A stretch of DNA of 64,000 bases from Candidatus Omnitrophota bacterium (GCA_022705945.1 JAKJDL010000001.1:163582-227581); one strand, 5' to 3'; shown: positions 28,565 to 39,927, numbered from the stretch's first letter. Notes: a model not told the origin generated them from the sequence alone. Made by a program: numbers and translations.

Positions 28565-30949
28565 TTAAACGCTCTCTTCTTCGGAATCGGCGGGGACGGC
28601 TTCGGAGTAGTCACCGGCAGGATTCGGCATCAGAATCTCGCGCGGCTTTGCTCCCTGCTGGGGACCGATCACGCCGGCGTGTTCGAGCTGGTCAATGATC
28701 CTGGCAGCGCGTGTATATCCCAGTCCGAGACGGCGCTGGAGATAGGAAGTCGAGGCCGTGCGGCTGGTCAGAACGATCCGCCTGGCCTCATCAAAGAGCT
28801 CATCTTTTTCTCCGGCTGCCATATTCGCGGTACCGTTCTGAACGGCCTGGATCTCATTATGATATTCCGGTTGTCCCTGCTGGGCGACAAAACTGACAAC
28901 CTTGTTGATCTCCTCATCCACGATCAACGGTGCCTGTCCCCGAATCATGTTGTCGCTTCCGGGCTGGACGAAAAGCATATCGCCGCGGCCCAAAAGTTTT
29001 TCGGCTCCCTTGTTGTCAAGGATGGTGCGGGAATCCACGACCGAGGCGACCTTGAAGGCAACCCGGGCCGGAAAGTTGGCTTTGATGACACCGGTAATGA
29101 CATCCACCGAAGGCCTCTGCGTCGCGAGGATCAGATGGATACCGACCGCGCGCGAAAGCTGGGCCAGGCGCGTGATCGCGGTTTCCACCTTGTCCTGGGC
29201 CACCAGCATCAGGTCGGCAAGCTCGTCGATAATGACCACAATATAGGGAATCGATGCCGGGATCACGTTCTCGGAATCCTTGGCGGCTTCCGCGACCTGT
29301 TTTTTATCCTCCTCGGTCAATTCCCTTTCATTGAAACCCCGGATATTCCTGACCCCTACCGCGGCAAAAAGCCGGTATCGCCGCTCCATCTCCTGAACGA
29401 CCCAGTTCAGCGTGTTGGCGGCCTTCCGCACGTCCGTCACAACTGGAGAAAGCATGTGGGGAATTTTGTTATAAACCGCGAGCTCGACCATTTTGGGATC
29501 GACCATGACCATTTTGAGTTGTGAAGGATTGCAGTAATAGAGAAAACCCGTAATGATCGAATTGATGCAGACGGTTTTACCGCTTCCGGTTGTTCCCGCG
29601 ATCAGGATATGGGGCATCGTCGTCAGGTCCGCGATCATCGGCTTCCCGGCAGTGTTTTTCCCGAGAAGAAGCGGCAGTTTCTGCCCGTGCGAGCTGAAAT
29701 CCGGCGATTCGATCATTTCACGGATCACGATCGGCCGCGACACGGTGTTCGGGACTTCGATTCCAATCGTCTGTTTCCCCGGGATCGGAATAATCAGCCG
29801 GATACTGGTCGCCTTGAGCGCCATCGAAAGATCATCTTCGTAGGCGGAAATCGAGTTTGCCCGGACCCCCGGAGCCGGAAGCACCTCATAAAGCGTGATT
29901 TTCGGTCCTTGTTCCACCTCGACGACTTTCGCATCAATATTAAATTCCTTGAGGGTCTCTTCGATCGCCCGGGAATTGGCGGCAAGATCATCGCCCTCGA
30001 TCTTTTCAGCTTTGGGAAGTTTTAAAAGATCCTTGGGGGGAAATTCGTATTTGGAAACAGCCGCGCTTGAGCCGATGATTCCCTTGAAAGAATCGTCCCC
30101 CGTTTCCGGGGTTTCCTCTCCGGAAGCTGTTTTCCCGTTGCCGGAGCGGGGGTGCGGTACCGGAGCGGGTCTTTTTTTCACCTCCTCCCTCGGTGTCTCA
30201 GGCCTGTCTTCTTTGCCTTTTTTATTCGCGTCAGGCTGAAGGGGCTGATAGGTTTTGATCCTGGTCGGTGTCGTAAATTCCGGAGGCAGTTTCACTTCTT
30301 CCTTCGTTTTTTGTTTTTCCCTGGATTCCCGGTCCTGCTTTTTTGCTTCCCGACGGTCCGGGGGGGCGGCAGGTTTCCCCGCTCCTTTTTGGGATTTCGC
30401 GAACTTCTTCGGCATCGTTTTCAGAATACCCCGGAGCTTCGTGACCAAAGTTTTGAAAACCGGATAAATGAGAAAGTCGGTCGCAAGCAGGATCGAGAGT
30501 AAAAGAGCCGCACCGGCAATAATGTAGCTTCCGAGCCTTCCGAAATAACGCACCAGGTAATTCCCGGCGACATAACCGAACGCACCTCCGGCGTTAAACC
30601 TGGATTCCGGGGCGACCGAGATAGTTACGATCGTGGCAAGAGAAAAAAGCGCGACCCCGAGGCCGAGAAATTTGAAAAGCTTGCGATCCGGTACTTTTTG
30701 AAGGAAAAAACATTCCGCCCAAAGAAGGAAAATGACCGGGATCGCGAACGCGCTGAATCCAAATGTCAAAAAAAGGCCGAAAGCGGCATAAGCGCCTATT
30801 ACCCCGGTATAATTCCGGACCGGGGCGGCCGGCTCGGAGGTATAAAACGCGATATCTTCCGGATGATAGAAGAAAAGGGCCCCGAAAGTAAAAAGACCCA
30901 AAAGAAGAAAAAAAACTCCCCAGATTTCGTTGATTCTTTCTTGTTTCAT
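28565..30949 (-). CDS. ftsK: DNA translocase FtsK/SpoIIIE
   Basis: It has N-terminal TM helices, a K/E/P-rich linker, a motor domain with Walker A (GTTGSGKT), and a C-terminal gamma winged helix (TSYLQRRLGLGYTRAARIIDQLE). Confidence 0.9.
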   Translation of the reverse strand: MKQERINEIWGVFFLLLGLFTFGALFFYHPEDIAFYTSEPAAPVRNYTGVIGAYAAFGLFLTFGFSAFAIPVIFLLWAECFFLQKVPDRKLFKFLGLGVALFSLATIVTISVAPESRFNAGGAFGYVAGNYLVRYFGRLGSYIIAGAALLLSILLATDFLIYPVFKTLVTKLRGILKTMPKKFAKSQKGAGKPAAPPDRREAKKQDRESREKQKTKEEVKLPPEFTTPTRIKTYQPLQPDANKKGKEDRPETPREEVKKRPAPVPHPRSGNGKTASGEETPETGDDSFKGIIGSSAAVSKYEFPPKDLLKLPKAEKIEGDDLAANSRAIEETLKEFNIDAKVVEVEQGPKITLYEVLPAPGVRANSISAYEDDLSMALKATSIRLIIPIPGKQTIGIEVPNTVSRPIVIREMIESPDFSSHGQKLPLLLGKNTAGKPMIADLTTMPHILIAGTTGSGKTVCINSIITGFLYYCNPSQLKMVMVDPKMVELAVYNKIPHMLSPVVTDVRKAANTLNWVVQEMERRYRLFAAVGVRNIRGFNERELTEEDKKQVAEAAKDSENVIPASIPYIVVIIDELADLMLVAQDKVETAITRLAQLSRAVGIHLILATQRPSVDVITGVIKANFPARVAFKVASVVDSRTILDNKGAEKLLGRGDMLFVQPGSDNMIRGQAPLIVDEEINKVVSFVAQQGQPEYHNEIQAVQNGTANMAAGEKDELFDEARRIVLTSRTASTSYLQRRLGLGYTRAARIIDQLEHAGVIGPQQGAKPREILMPNPAGDYSEAVPADSEEESV

Positions 30950-31031
30950 ATGCTTTCAGCGGATAGCGTTCAGCGCAGAGCGTAGAGAAAGAAGCCGGGA
31001 CACATCAGAAATCCCCCGCGCTCTACGCCGA

Positions 31032-31481
31032 TTAATGACCGGTATGTCCGAAGCCGCCGGCTCCCCGGCAAGTCTCATCCAGAGTATCGGCCACTTCCAG
31101 TTCAGCCTTTACCACGCGGGCGATCACCATTTGGGCGATCCGCATTCCCCTGGTGACCGTGAACGGCTCCTGACCGAGATTGACTAGAATGATCCGGATC
31201 TCGCCGCGGTAATCGGCATCGATGGTCCCCGGTGTGTTAAGAAGGGTGATGCCGTGCTTGACTGCCAGACCGCTCCGCGGCCGGATTTGGGCTTCGGTGC
31301 GGGGAGGAAGGCTGATCACAAGACCCGTCGGTACAAGGTTTCTCTCCCCCGGTTTCAGTACAACATCCTCCCGACAGGCGGCAAGAAGATCCATACCGCT
31401 TGAACCTTCCGTTTGGTATCGGGGAAGTTCAAGTCCTTCAAAATGCGGTAGTTTCTTGATCTGAAATTTAATCGTGTCCAT
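31032..31481 (-). CDS. dut: dUTP diphosphatase
   Basis: It carries the dUTPase motifs ([26 protein letters not shown]). The ATG at 31481 (MDTIKF) is more likely the real start than the upstream extension. Confidence 0.85.
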   Translation of the reverse strand: MDTIKFQIKKLPHFEGLELPRYQTEGSSGMDLLAACREDVVLKPGERNLVPTGLVISLPPRTEAQIRPRSGLAVKHGITLLNTPGTIDADYRGEIRIILVNLGQEPFTVTRGMRIAQMVIARVVKAELEVADTLDETCRGAGGFGHTGH

Positions 31482-31544
31482 GAAAAGAGAAAGGGCAGAT
31501 ACCGTTTTTTTTCGGTATCTGCCCCGTTTCAAAATTTTGAACCC

Positions 31545-33746
31545 TTACCTGCGATCCCGACCGCCGCGGCCGCCGCGATCACCCCGGTCACGCCCGCCCC
31601 TGCGGGGAGGACGATCCTCGGCTTCAACAATAACGCGCTGGTCCTCGGGAAGGATCGGCAACCCGCCGGGAACCGCCTCCTTGATGCTGAGTGATATCTT
31701 GCCGCGTTCATCGACGCCGAGCACCTTGACGGTGACCTTGTCGCCGACGCGCATGTAATCCCCCGGGCTTTTCACGAATCCGTCTGCGATCTCGGACACG
31801 TGGCAAAGACCGTCCAGATCGGGAAGAATTTCACAGAAAGCGCCGAACGGCATCAGTTTCTGAACCGTGGCTTCATAGATCTTTCCGACTTCGGCTTCCG
31901 CCGTACAGCCCTTGATGCGTGCGATCGCCGCGTCAGCGACCGCGCTGTCCACCGCCGCGACAAATACGCGGCCGTCGTCTTCAATATCGATCTTGGCGCC
32001 GGTCTCTTCGACGATCTTCCGAATGTTCTTGCCTCCCGGTCCGATCAAGGCACCGATCTTTTCGGGATTGATCCGGAGCGTGGTGATACGGGGCGCGAAT
32101 GACGAAAGTTCTTTCGGAGCACCGATCGTGCTCGTAATCATATCGAGAATTTTAAAACGAGCCTGTTTCGCGTGATCAAAAGCCTCCCTGAGGATCTCAT
32201 CGGTAATGCCGTCGATCTTGAGATCCATCTGGAGCGCGGTGAGACCTTTCCGGGTCCCGGCCGCTTTAAAATCCATGTCGCCCAGATGATCTTCAATGCC
32301 GGCAATATCCGTAAGGACCTTCCAGCGGTTCTTGTCGGTGACGAGACCGATCGCGATCCCTGCCACCGGCGCCTTCATCGGCACACCGGCATCCAAAAGC
32401 GCCAGCGTCCCGCCGCAAACCGTGGCCATCGAACTTGAACCGTTCGACTCCATAATCTCGGAAACCAGACGGACAGTGTAGGGAAAATTTTCATCGAACG
32501 GGATCATCGGCTCAAGTGCGCGTGACGCCAAAGCCCCGTGGCCGATCTCGCGGCGGCCGGGACCCCGGTTCGGTTTGCATTCCCCAACGCTGTAGGACGG
32601 GAAATTATAGTGGAGCATAAAACGTTTGAGCTGCTCGCCCTCGAGCGCGTCGATCCGCTGCTCATCATCGCCGGTGCCGAGCGTCACCACGCTCAGGCTC
32701 TGTGTCTGTCCGCGCGTAAAAAGCGAAGAACCGTGCGTCCGCGGAAGAATGCCCGTTTCGCATTTGATCCGGCGGATATCCCGCTCGCCGCGGCCGTCCG
32801 GGCGCTTTCCGGTCGCAAGCATATATTCACGGACCTTTTCATATTCAAGGCGGGAAAAGGCGATTTTCACATAGACTTCCTTGAAACCTTCCGCCTTCGT
32901 GTCCAGCCGGGAGATGACTTTCTCGTAGAGGTTTTTGAAAAAACCTTCCTGCTCTTCCTTTGTGGGAAGGCCGAAAACTTTCTGAAATTCCGGGGCCGCG
33001 ATCTCAGTCACTTTTTGGATGATGTCCGCGGGAATTTCAAGCGGTTTGACTTCTTTTTTCGGCTTTCCGGCCTTCTTCATCAGTTCAAGCTGCAGTTTTG
33101 CCGTCTGCTTGATAGCCTCATGCCCGAACCCGATCGCCTCAAACATTTTTTCTTCGGAGATCTCGTTTGATCCGGCTTCGATCATAACGACCTTCTCGGG
33201 CGTTCCCGCAATCACGAGATCCAGATCGCCTTTTTCGAGTTCCTGCTGGGTCGGGTTGATAATGAGATTACCGTCCACCATTCCGACACGGGCCGCGGAA
33301 AGAGGGACCGTGTAAGGTATGTCGGAGACAAGAAGCGCCGCGGAGGCCCCGATCATCGCGAGAACTTCGGTCGGGTTCTCGCCGTCAAAGGAAAGAACCG
33401 TTGCGCTGATCTGGACTTCGGTCAGATAGTCTTCGGGAAAAAGGGGACGGATCGGACGGTCGATCAGACGCGAGGTCAGGGTTTCTTTTTCGGTCGGCTT
33501 GCTCTCGCGTTTGAAATATCCGCCCGGAATCTTTCCCGCAGCGTAGGTTCGTTCGCGGTAGTCAACAGTAAGGGGGAAAAAATCCCGGACTTCTTCCGAT
33601 TCGCTCCCGGCCACGACCGCCACAAAAACAACGGTGCCTCCGCACCGGACGGTAACGGCCCCGTGGGCCTGGCGGGCCATATGCCCGGTTTCAATGACAA
33701 TTTCCTTGCCGCCGATTTCAGAACTGACTTTTTCTATTTTAAACAT
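31545..33746 (-). CDS. pnp: Polynucleotide phosphorylase
   Basis: It has two RNase PH domains, then KH and S1 domains, and an Arg/Gly-rich tail. Confidence 0.9.
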   Translation of the reverse strand: MFKIEKVSSEIGGKEIVIETGHMARQAHGAVTVRCGGTVVFVAVVAGSESEEVRDFFPLTVDYRERTYAAGKIPGGYFKRESKPTEKETLTSRLIDRPIRPLFPEDYLTEVQISATVLSFDGENPTEVLAMIGASAALLVSDIPYTVPLSAARVGMVDGNLIINPTQQELEKGDLDLVIAGTPEKVVMIEAGSNEISEEKMFEAIGFGHEAIKQTAKLQLELMKKAGKPKKEVKPLEIPADIIQKVTEIAAPEFQKVFGLPTKEEQEGFFKNLYEKVISRLDTKAEGFKEVYVKIAFSRLEYEKVREYMLATGKRPDGRGERDIRRIKCETGILPRTHGSSLFTRGQTQSLSVVTLGTGDDEQRIDALEGEQLKRFMLHYNFPSYSVGECKPNRGPGRREIGHGALASRALEPMIPFDENFPYTVRLVSEIMESNGSSSMATVCGGTLALLDAGVPMKAPVAGIAIGLVTDKNRWKVLTDIAGIEDHLGDMDFKAAGTRKGLTALQMDLKIDGITDEILREAFDHAKQARFKILDMITSTIGAPKELSSFAPRITTLRINPEKIGALIGPGGKNIRKIVEETGAKIDIEDDGRVFVAAVDSAVADAAIARIKGCTAEAEVGKIYEATVQKLMPFGAFCEILPDLDGLCHVSEIADGFVKSPGDYMRVGDKVTVKVLGVDERGKISLSIKEAVPGGLPILPEDQRVIVEAEDRPPRRGGRDRGDRGGRGGRDRR

Positions 33747-33813
33747 ATACGGGTTTCCCTTTCAATTTTGGATGGATCCATGGATTCTCAGACAACCGGA
33801 AAAGCAGGAGAAA

Positions 33814-34083
33814 TTACTTCCTGAGGTCCAGAGCCGCAATCAGCTTCTGGTACTTTTCGGGGTCTTCACGCTTCAGATAGGCAAGCAGCTTTTTCCGGCG
33901 GCTCACCATCCTGATAAGGCCGTAGCGGGAATGATGGTCCTTGACGTGTTTTCCAAAGTGAGGGGAAAGCCCGTTGATGCGCTCGGTAAGAATGGCGATC
34001 TGGACTTCGGAGGACCCGGTATCGTTTTTTGTCTTCTTGTGGGTGGAAATGATCTCTTTTTTCTTCGTCTTTGCTAATGCCAT
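33814..34083 (-). CDS. rpsO: 30S ribosomal protein S15
   Basis: It is 89 aa and has LTERINGLSPHFGKHVKDHHSRYGL. Confidence 0.9.
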   Translation of the reverse strand: MALAKTKKKEIISTHKKTKNDTGSSEVQIAILTERINGLSPHFGKHVKDHHSRYGLIRMVSRRKKLLAYLKREDPEKYQKLIAALDLRK

Positions 34084-34193
34084 GCGTCTTTGTAACTCCT
34101 TCTCTCTCTGTCAGTTATATCGTTTTTCTCATCTCTGAGGTTGCGGGAGTATACTCTACCCCCTCCGATTTGTAAAGAGCCTTCCGTAAAAAA

Positions 34194-35183
34194 TCAGTGA
34201 GTTTGATGCCAGGAACGGGCCTTTTCAATATCCCGGAAAATCCGGGTTTTCAGGGCCTCTTCCGAGCTGAAACGCTCTTCGGCCCGTATGAATTTATGCA
34301 AGGCGATCTCCATGGTCTCGCCATAGACATTCCCCTTAAAATCAAACAGATGCATTTCAAGAACCGGACGGGGCGTCTCGGAAGCCGGATAAGTAGGCCT
34401 TTTCCCGAAATTCGCAACACCGGCATGCCATTCTGACATTTTACCGGGCAGTTTAAAAAATTTATCTGCGGTAAGACGCGCCCCCGGAAGGAACCGGGCG
34501 GACGCGATATAAACTCCCGGGGGAATCTGGATATCGGCATGGACTTCCAGATTTGCCGTGGGACACCCCAAATGCGTTCCATGCCCCTTGCCGCGAACGA
34601 CACGTCCCAAAAGACTGAAAGGCCTCCCGAAACATTGACGAATCTTTTCAAGCTCCCCCCGGCTCAACAATTGCCGGACCATCGAGCTTGATACCGGCTT
34701 GCGTCCGGCCATCACGGGCCTCATTTGTTTAAAAAGAAACCCGTTCTCCGCAGCAAGCCTTTTCATTACATCCGCATCTCCGCACCGCCGGTATCCGAAG
34801 CGAGCATCGTATCCCATGCAAACTTCAAGGACCCTGAGTTTTTCGACAAGTATTTTTTTTACAAAAACCTCGGGGCTCATTCTGGAAAAAGACGGGGTGA
34901 AAGAGGGTATAAAACAAAGATCAACCTTCGCCCCGGCAAGATGAAAAAGTTTTTGCCCGATCGAATAAATCAATTTTCGTTTCTGCTCCGGGCGAAGGAC
35001 TCTCTGGGGATGGTTTCTGAAGGTGAGAACCGCGGAAAGCGCGGAGCGCTTTCCGGCCTGGGCCGTCACGTATCGGATCAATTTCCGGTGCCCCCGGTGG
35101 AAACCGTCAAAATTACCGATCGCAAGAACAACGCGTTTCCGGGGATTGCTTTTGAGGGCGTGGAGATCAGTGATAATTTTCAT
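34194..35183 (-). CDS. ribF: Bifunctional riboflavin kinase / FMN adenylyltransferase
   Basis: It has the N-terminal nucleotidyltransferase motif (GNFDGFHRGH) and a C-terminal riboflavin kinase domain. Confidence 0.85.
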   Translation of the reverse strand: MKIITDLHALKSNPRKRVVLAIGNFDGFHRGHRKLIRYVTAQAGKRSALSAVLTFRNHPQRVLRPEQKRKLIYSIGQKLFHLAGAKVDLCFIPSFTPSFSRMSPEVFVKKILVEKLRVLEVCMGYDARFGYRRCGDADVMKRLAAENGFLFKQMRPVMAGRKPVSSSMVRQLLSRGELEKIRQCFGRPFSLLGRVVRGKGHGTHLGCPTANLEVHADIQIPPGVYIASARFLPGARLTADKFFKLPGKMSEWHAGVANFGKRPTYPASETPRPVLEMHLFDFKGNVYGETMEIALHKFIRAEERFSSEEALKTRIFRDIEKARSWHQTH

Positions 35184-35895
35184 AAGCCGTTATCTCTGAA
35201 AGAGGGGCTATTTTCGGTCGAAGCTCTTCCAGAGTCATCGAGCGGAGGGCATCTATCGTGACGCTGGCCGACACATCAAATTTTCCGCTTTTCATCCGCC
35301 GGAGTCTCGCGAGGCAGGCGTGACAGCCGAGGACATCCCCCAGGTCGTTCACAAGCGTCCTCAGGTAAGTTCCCTTGGAAACGCGGGCGGAAAAATCAAC
35401 GAATTTTCCGTCCTTTTTATCGAACCGGAACTCATGAACCGTGACTCGCCTTCCTTCCCTGGGAACCACCTTGCCCTGACGCGCGAGCTTGTAAAGGCGC
35501 ATACCTTCATGTTTCACCGCGGAGACCATGGGCGGGACCTGAATGATCTCGCCGGTGAACCGCTTTGCCTGTTCGCGTATCATTTCGAGGGTCACGTGTT
35601 CCCAGGGCGCTTCCGCCACAACCTTCCCCTGCCGGTCATGAGAATCCGTTTGCACTCCGAGTTCCATGGTCCCGTAATACTCTTTATCACAGGCGCTGAG
35701 CGTCATCGAATGCTTCGTTGCCCTTCCGATCAAAATAACAAGGAGCCCGGTCGCAAGCGGATCCAATGTCCCGGCGTGTCCGACTTTCTTGAAGCGGAAC
35801 CGGCTCCGGATGAAAGCGCAAACATCGTGAGATGTCCATTCGGAGGGTTTGTCCACAAGGAGAACGCCGTCAATAAATTCGGGGTGCAGGGGCAT
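35167..35895 (-). CDS. truB: tRNA pseudouridine(55) synthase
   Basis: It has LLVDKPSEWTSHDV and GHAGTLDPLATGLL. Confidence 0.85.
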   Translation of the reverse strand: MPLHPEFIDGVLLVDKPSEWTSHDVCAFIRSRFRFKKVGHAGTLDPLATGLLVILIGRATKHSMTLSACDKEYYGTMELGVQTDSHDRQGKVVAEAPWEHVTLEMIREQAKRFTGEIIQVPPMVSAVKHEGMRLYKLARQGKVVPREGRRVTVHEFRFDKKDGKFVDFSARVSKGTYLRTLVNDLGDVLGCHACLARLRRMKSGKFDVSASVTIDALRSMTLEELRPKIAPLSEITAYENYH

Positions 35896-35898
35896 GAG

Positions 35899-36255
35899 CT
35901 ATTGCCCGGACGGATCGGTCCCGATCTTTTTGATGACTTCTTCGATCTCGAAACTTTTATCGACCATGTCATCCAGTTCGAATTGAAGCCGCGGCGTGTA
36001 ACGCATCCGGAGGTCATAGCCGATCTCCCTCTGCAAAAATCCGGCGGCCCGCTTCAAAACATTGAGGGAGTCCCGCTTTTTTGTTTCATCGCCCATCACA
36101 GTAAAAAAAACCACGGCCGACTTCAGATCCGAAGTGACTTTGACGTGGGTGATGGTGATAAAGCCCAGCCTCGGATCTTTGACCCGTTCGAGGATCAATT
36201 TGCCGAGTTCCATCTGAAGGAGGGATCCGACGCGTTCCGTTCTTTTCCCTTGCAT
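35899..36255 (-). CDS. rbfA: Ribosome-binding factor A
   Basis: It is 118 aa with a KH-like RbfA pattern, and it sits between infB and truB. Confidence 0.85.
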   Translation of the reverse strand: MQGKRTERVGSLLQMELGKLILERVKDPRLGFITITHVKVTSDLKSAVVFFTVMGDETKKRDSLNVLKRAAGFLQREIGYDLRMRYTPRLQFELDDMVDKSFEIEEVIKKIGTDPSGQ

Positions 36256-36309
36256 GACTGCCTCTTGTTACCGGATGTTGATAAAAAAATTTGAGGGTGT
36301 GATGCGGGT

Positions 36310-38502
36310 TTAAAGTGTCGCGGCGATCTTGTCAATCCGGTAACATTCAACAATATCGCCTTCGCGCAGGTCATTGAATCCCACAAACGAGATCCCGCAT
36401 TCATGCCCTTCCGCGACTTCCTTGACATCATCTTTGAAATGTTTCAAGGCGGAAAATTTGCCGTCAAAAACCACGACGTTGTTGCGAACAACCCGAGCGT
36501 TCCGGTGCCGGACGAGCCTGCCTTTGATCACCCTGGCGCCGCCGATCGTTCCGACTTTGGAAGACTTGAAGATCTGACGGATCTGCGCCTTACCTTCCGT
36601 TACTTCTTCAAGATCGGGTTCCAGAATACCTTCCATGGCTTTCCGGATCTTTTCCACCGCATCATAAATGATCCCGTAAAAACGGATATCCACACCTTCC
36701 TTCTCGGCAAGGTTCATCGCTTTGGGATCGGATTTAACATGGAACCCGATAACGATCGCGTCCGAGGCGGCGGCCAGCATTACATCCGATTCGTTGATCC
36801 CCCCAACAGCTCCGTGAATAACGTGGAGCTGGCATTTTTCAGTGGTGAGTTTTTCAAGGGACTGAGTGAGGGCCTCCACCGATCCCTGGACGTCCGCCTT
36901 GACGATAAGCTTCAGTTCCTTAAAGCTCCCTTCGGAAATCTTGGAATAAAGGTTCTCAAGCGACATGTGTTTTGTCGCTCCGCGCATTTGCCGCTCGCGA
37001 ATTTCCAGTATTTTTTGTTCCGTAATTCGTCTGGCTGTCTTTTCATCCTTGACCGCGTAAACGGTTTCTCCGGCCTCAGGAACTCCGTTCAGACCGCTCA
37101 GCTCTACGGCATAGGCCGGTTTTGCCTCCCGGACAGCTTTCCCGCGGTCGTTTTTCATCACACGCACTCGTCCCATATAGGAGCCGGCCACGACAATATC
37201 GCCGGCGCGGAGCGTTCCCTTGCGGACGATTACCGTCGCGATCGGGCCGCTCCCTCTGGAAAGATGACTTTCGACTACCGTGCAAACCGCAGGACAGTCG
37301 GGATTGGCTTTAAGCTCCATAATCTCGGCCTGGAGGAGAAGCATTTCAAGAAGCTCCGGAATTCCTTTGCCGTTTTTGGCCGAGACTTTCATACAAATCG
37401 TTTTTCCGCCCCATTCCTCCGGCACAAGATCCTGTTTTTGAAGCTCCCCCATCACTTGCTGGGGGTTCGCCGCCGGCAGGTCGCATTTATTGATCGCAAC
37501 AATGATCGGACAGCCCGCTTCCCGGGCGTGGTGGATCGCTTCAACCGTTTGGGGCATGACACCGTCATCCCCGGCCACAACCAAAATCACAATATCGGTG
37601 ACGTTTGCACCGCGGGCACGCATGGCGGTAAAAGCTTCATGGCCCGGCGTGTCGAGAAAGGTCACATGCCCCCGGCCCGGAATATCCACACCGTAGGCCC
37701 CGATATGCTGGGTAATAAATCCCTTTTCACGGGCGGCGACGTTCGTGCTCCGGATCGAGTCGAGAAGCGACGTTTTTCCGTGATCAACATGTCCCATCAT
37801 GGTTACTACGGGGGGACGAAGTTTCAGCCTGGAAGGATCATCGCCCTCATCCGTTTTCTGCACCTTTTCAACAGTCTCGTCTTCTTTCTTGCAGATCGAG
37901 ACCCCGGCCGCATCCGCGAGGGCGAAAACGATCTCTTCATTGAGCAGTTGATTCACGTTAGCGAAAATACCAAGGCCCATCAGGGTTTTGATAACCTCCG
38001 AGACCTTTTTGCTCATCTTCTGGGCAAGGTCTCCCACCGTAACAGGAAACCGGATTTCAATCGCGGCCGGCTTGACCGGTTCCGGTTTGGGAGGTTCGGG
38101 GATCCGAACTTTTTCTTTTTCCGGCACCGGCTGAACTTCGGGCTTGGGCGACTCGGTTTTCTTTTCCTCAACAACAGGTGCCGGAGAAGACACTGCGGGT
38201 TTTTTTTCGATTACAGGCTGATCTTCGACCTTGGGAGCCGCAGGCGGCATGACCTTTGTCTCGGTCGCATCGGGAGCAGACGTCGTCCTAACCTCGGGTT
38301 TCTCCTGGGTTAAGATTTTCGGTATCGCTTCCGCCGTTTTGGGAACCGCGTCTTTTTTTGCGCGAGGCTTTTTGACGGTTTTTTTGGCGGCGGGTTTGAC
38401 GGCCGCCGCTTTTTTAGGAGAAGTCTTCTTCTCCGAAGTTTTGGCGGTGGCTGTTTTTGCCGTCCTTTTAACCGTTTCCTTTTTTTCTTTTTTCTCGGTC
38501 AT
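36310..38502 (-). CDS. infB: Translation initiation factor IF-2
   Basis: It has a K/P/A-rich N-terminus and a G domain ([24 protein letters not shown]). Confidence 0.9.
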   Translation of the reverse strand: MTEKKEKKETVKRTAKTATAKTSEKKTSPKKAAAVKPAAKKTVKKPRAKKDAVPKTAEAIPKILTQEKPEVRTTSAPDATETKVMPPAAPKVEDQPVIEKKPAVSSPAPVVEEKKTESPKPEVQPVPEKEKVRIPEPPKPEPVKPAAIEIRFPVTVGDLAQKMSKKVSEVIKTLMGLGIFANVNQLLNEEIVFALADAAGVSICKKEDETVEKVQKTDEGDDPSRLKLRPPVVTMMGHVDHGKTSLLDSIRSTNVAAREKGFITQHIGAYGVDIPGRGHVTFLDTPGHEAFTAMRARGANVTDIVILVVAGDDGVMPQTVEAIHHAREAGCPIIVAINKCDLPAANPQQVMGELQKQDLVPEEWGGKTICMKVSAKNGKGIPELLEMLLLQAEIMELKANPDCPAVCTVVESHLSRGSGPIATVIVRKGTLRAGDIVVAGSYMGRVRVMKNDRGKAVREAKPAYAVELSGLNGVPEAGETVYAVKDEKTARRITEQKILEIRERQMRGATKHMSLENLYSKISEGSFKELKLIVKADVQGSVEALTQSLEKLTTEKCQLHVIHGAVGGINESDVMLAAASDAIVIGFHVKSDPKAMNLAEKEGVDIRFYGIIYDAVEKIRKAMEGILEPDLEEVTEGKAQIRQIFKSSKVGTIGGARVIKGRLVRHRNARVVRNNVVVFDGKFSALKHFKDDVKEVAEGHECGISFVGFNDLREGDIVECYRIDKIAATL

Positions 38503-38504
38503 GG

Positions 38505-39680
38505 TCAGGAACCTGTCTCCTCCGCGCTTTCTTGCCGAACCGGAGCTTCTTGGGCTTCGGTTTTCTTTGCCAGAACCTGCTCGACGGCCTGGCGGATCCT
38601 CTCGGCAAGTTTTTCGTCGATTCCTTCGATCTTGACAAGGTCTTCGACGGTCATTTTGAACACATCTTTAATCGTCTTGGCGCCCGCTTTTTTCAGAGCG
38701 GCCTCGATTTTTTCATCCACCCCGTCCAATTCGGTAAGGGGGATCATCTGTGACTTGCTCCGGACATCAAGCTCCCAGCCTATCAGCTTCGAAGCGAGCC
38801 TCACGTTTTGGCCTCTTTTCCCGATCGCAAGCGACAGCTGGTCATCCGCAACAAGGATCTCGGCACGGCGTTCCGTTTCGTTCAGCTTGATCTGCAGAAG
38901 CTCCGCGGGAGCCATGGCGTTCTTGATGTAGGTTTCAATATCCTCGCTGAACCGGATAATATCTATTTTCTCTCCGTTAAGTTCACGCACGATATTCTTG
39001 ACCCTCTGCCCCCGCACGCCGACGCAGGATCCCACGCAGTCGATTTTGTCATCCCTGGAAGTTACGGCGATCTTGGCGCGGGATCCGGCTTCACGGGCAA
39101 TCGCCTTGATCTCAACAACCTTGTCATGGATTTCGGGAACTTCCATCTCAAAAAATCTTCTGATAAGTTCGGGGTGAGTCCGCGACAAAATAACCTCGGG
39201 GCCTTTCGGCGTTTTTTTCACTTCCATCACATACGCGCGGACAATGTTTCCTTGACGAAAACTATCGACGGGAGATTGTTCCCGTGCGGGAAGTATCCCT
39301 TCGGTTTTCCCGAAGTCAACGATGATTGCCTTTTTTTCGATCCGGTGAACGCTTCCCGAAACAATATCACCCTGCTTGTGGCTGTATTCGAAAAAAATCG
39401 AATCACGTTCCGCTTCTCTGAGTTTCTGGATAATAACCTGCTTGGCCGTCTGGGCGGCAATACGTCCAAACCGAGGGTCATCAAGCTCCTTGCCTTCGCT
39501 CAAGACTTTGATCCGGAGAGTGTCGGGATTGATCTGGATCTCAAAAGTTTCGCCTTTTTCGGGAAATGTTTTACGGCAGGCGGACAAAAGGGCATGTTGG
39601 AGCGCTTCCACCAGAACCTGGCGGGAAACCCCCTTTTCTTTTTCAATGTACTCTATTGAAGATGCGAGATCCTGTGACAT
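38505..39680 (-). CDS. nusA: Transcription termination/antitermination factor NusA
   Basis: It has the NusA N-terminal domain, S1 and KH1/KH2, and a C-terminal acidic repeat. The ATG at 39680 (MSQDL...) is the likely start. The ORF-track extension to 39737 runs through a terminator hairpin. Confidence 0.85.
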   Translation of the reverse strand: MSQDLASSIEYIEKEKGVSRQVLVEALQHALLSACRKTFPEKGETFEIQINPDTLRIKVLSEGKELDDPRFGRIAAQTAKQVIIQKLREAERDSIFFEYSHKQGDIVSGSVHRIEKKAIIVDFGKTEGILPAREQSPVDSFRQGNIVRAYVMEVKKTPKGPEVILSRTHPELIRRFFEMEVPEIHDKVVEIKAIAREAGSRAKIAVTSRDDKIDCVGSCVGVRGQRVKNIVRELNGEKIDIIRFSEDIETYIKNAMAPAELLQIKLNETERRAEILVADDQLSLAIGKRGQNVRLASKLIGWELDVRSKSQMIPLTELDGVDEKIEAALKKAGAKTIKDVFKMTVEDLVKIEGIDEKLAERIRQAVEQVLAKKTEAQEAPVRQESAEETGS

Positions 39681-39710
39681 TTTGTCTCTTTTCCCTGTTT
39701 TACGGGCCGG

Positions 39711-39740
39711 AAAAAAAAGAAGTGGGTTTTTGCCCACTTC
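39711..39740 (-). terminator. Intrinsic terminator/attenuator hairpin in the nusA leader
   Basis: The minus strand reads gaagtggg-caaaaa-cccacttc followed by T8. It lies ~30 nt upstream of the nusA ATG and downstream of tRNA-Gly and a promoter-like element. Confidence 0.5.
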
Positions 39741-39765
39741 CCGGCACTCTCAGATTAATGGCGGT

Positions 39766-39793
39766 ATTATAACGGTTTTTTTCAATTATTCAA
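39766..39793 (-). promoter_or_regulatory. Sigma70-like promoter upstream of the nusA leader
   Basis: The minus strand reads TTGAAT, a 16-nt spacer, then TATAAT. Confidence 0.35.
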
Positions 39794-39927
39794 TCGGAAT
39801 CTTGGGGGCTTCCCTGCTTATTTGTGCTTTAAACACATAAATCAGCGGTACTGAAGAAGAAACATCGGAGGCGCACCGCCTTGTATTCATCTTTCTGATA
39901 ATCGGAACGGCTCCCGGCAGGGAAACT

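Noticed and set aside
28562-29524. 320-aa ORF on the + strand
   Set aside because: It is antisense to the ftsK motor domain.
35320-36294. 324-aa ORF on the + strand
   Set aside because: It is antisense to the truB and rbfA genes, and it shows no motif.
36403-38313. 636-aa ORF on the + strand
   Set aside because: It is antisense to infB (IF-2). The sequence is compositionally biased with no domain signatures.
38505-39737. ORF-track N-terminal extensions (nusA to 39737; similar ones on queH, dut, crcB, yqaA, csaA)
   Set aside because: The extensions start at TTG/GTG or run through terminator or SD sequences. Internal ATGs with a proper SD and conserved protein N-termini are the more plausible starts.
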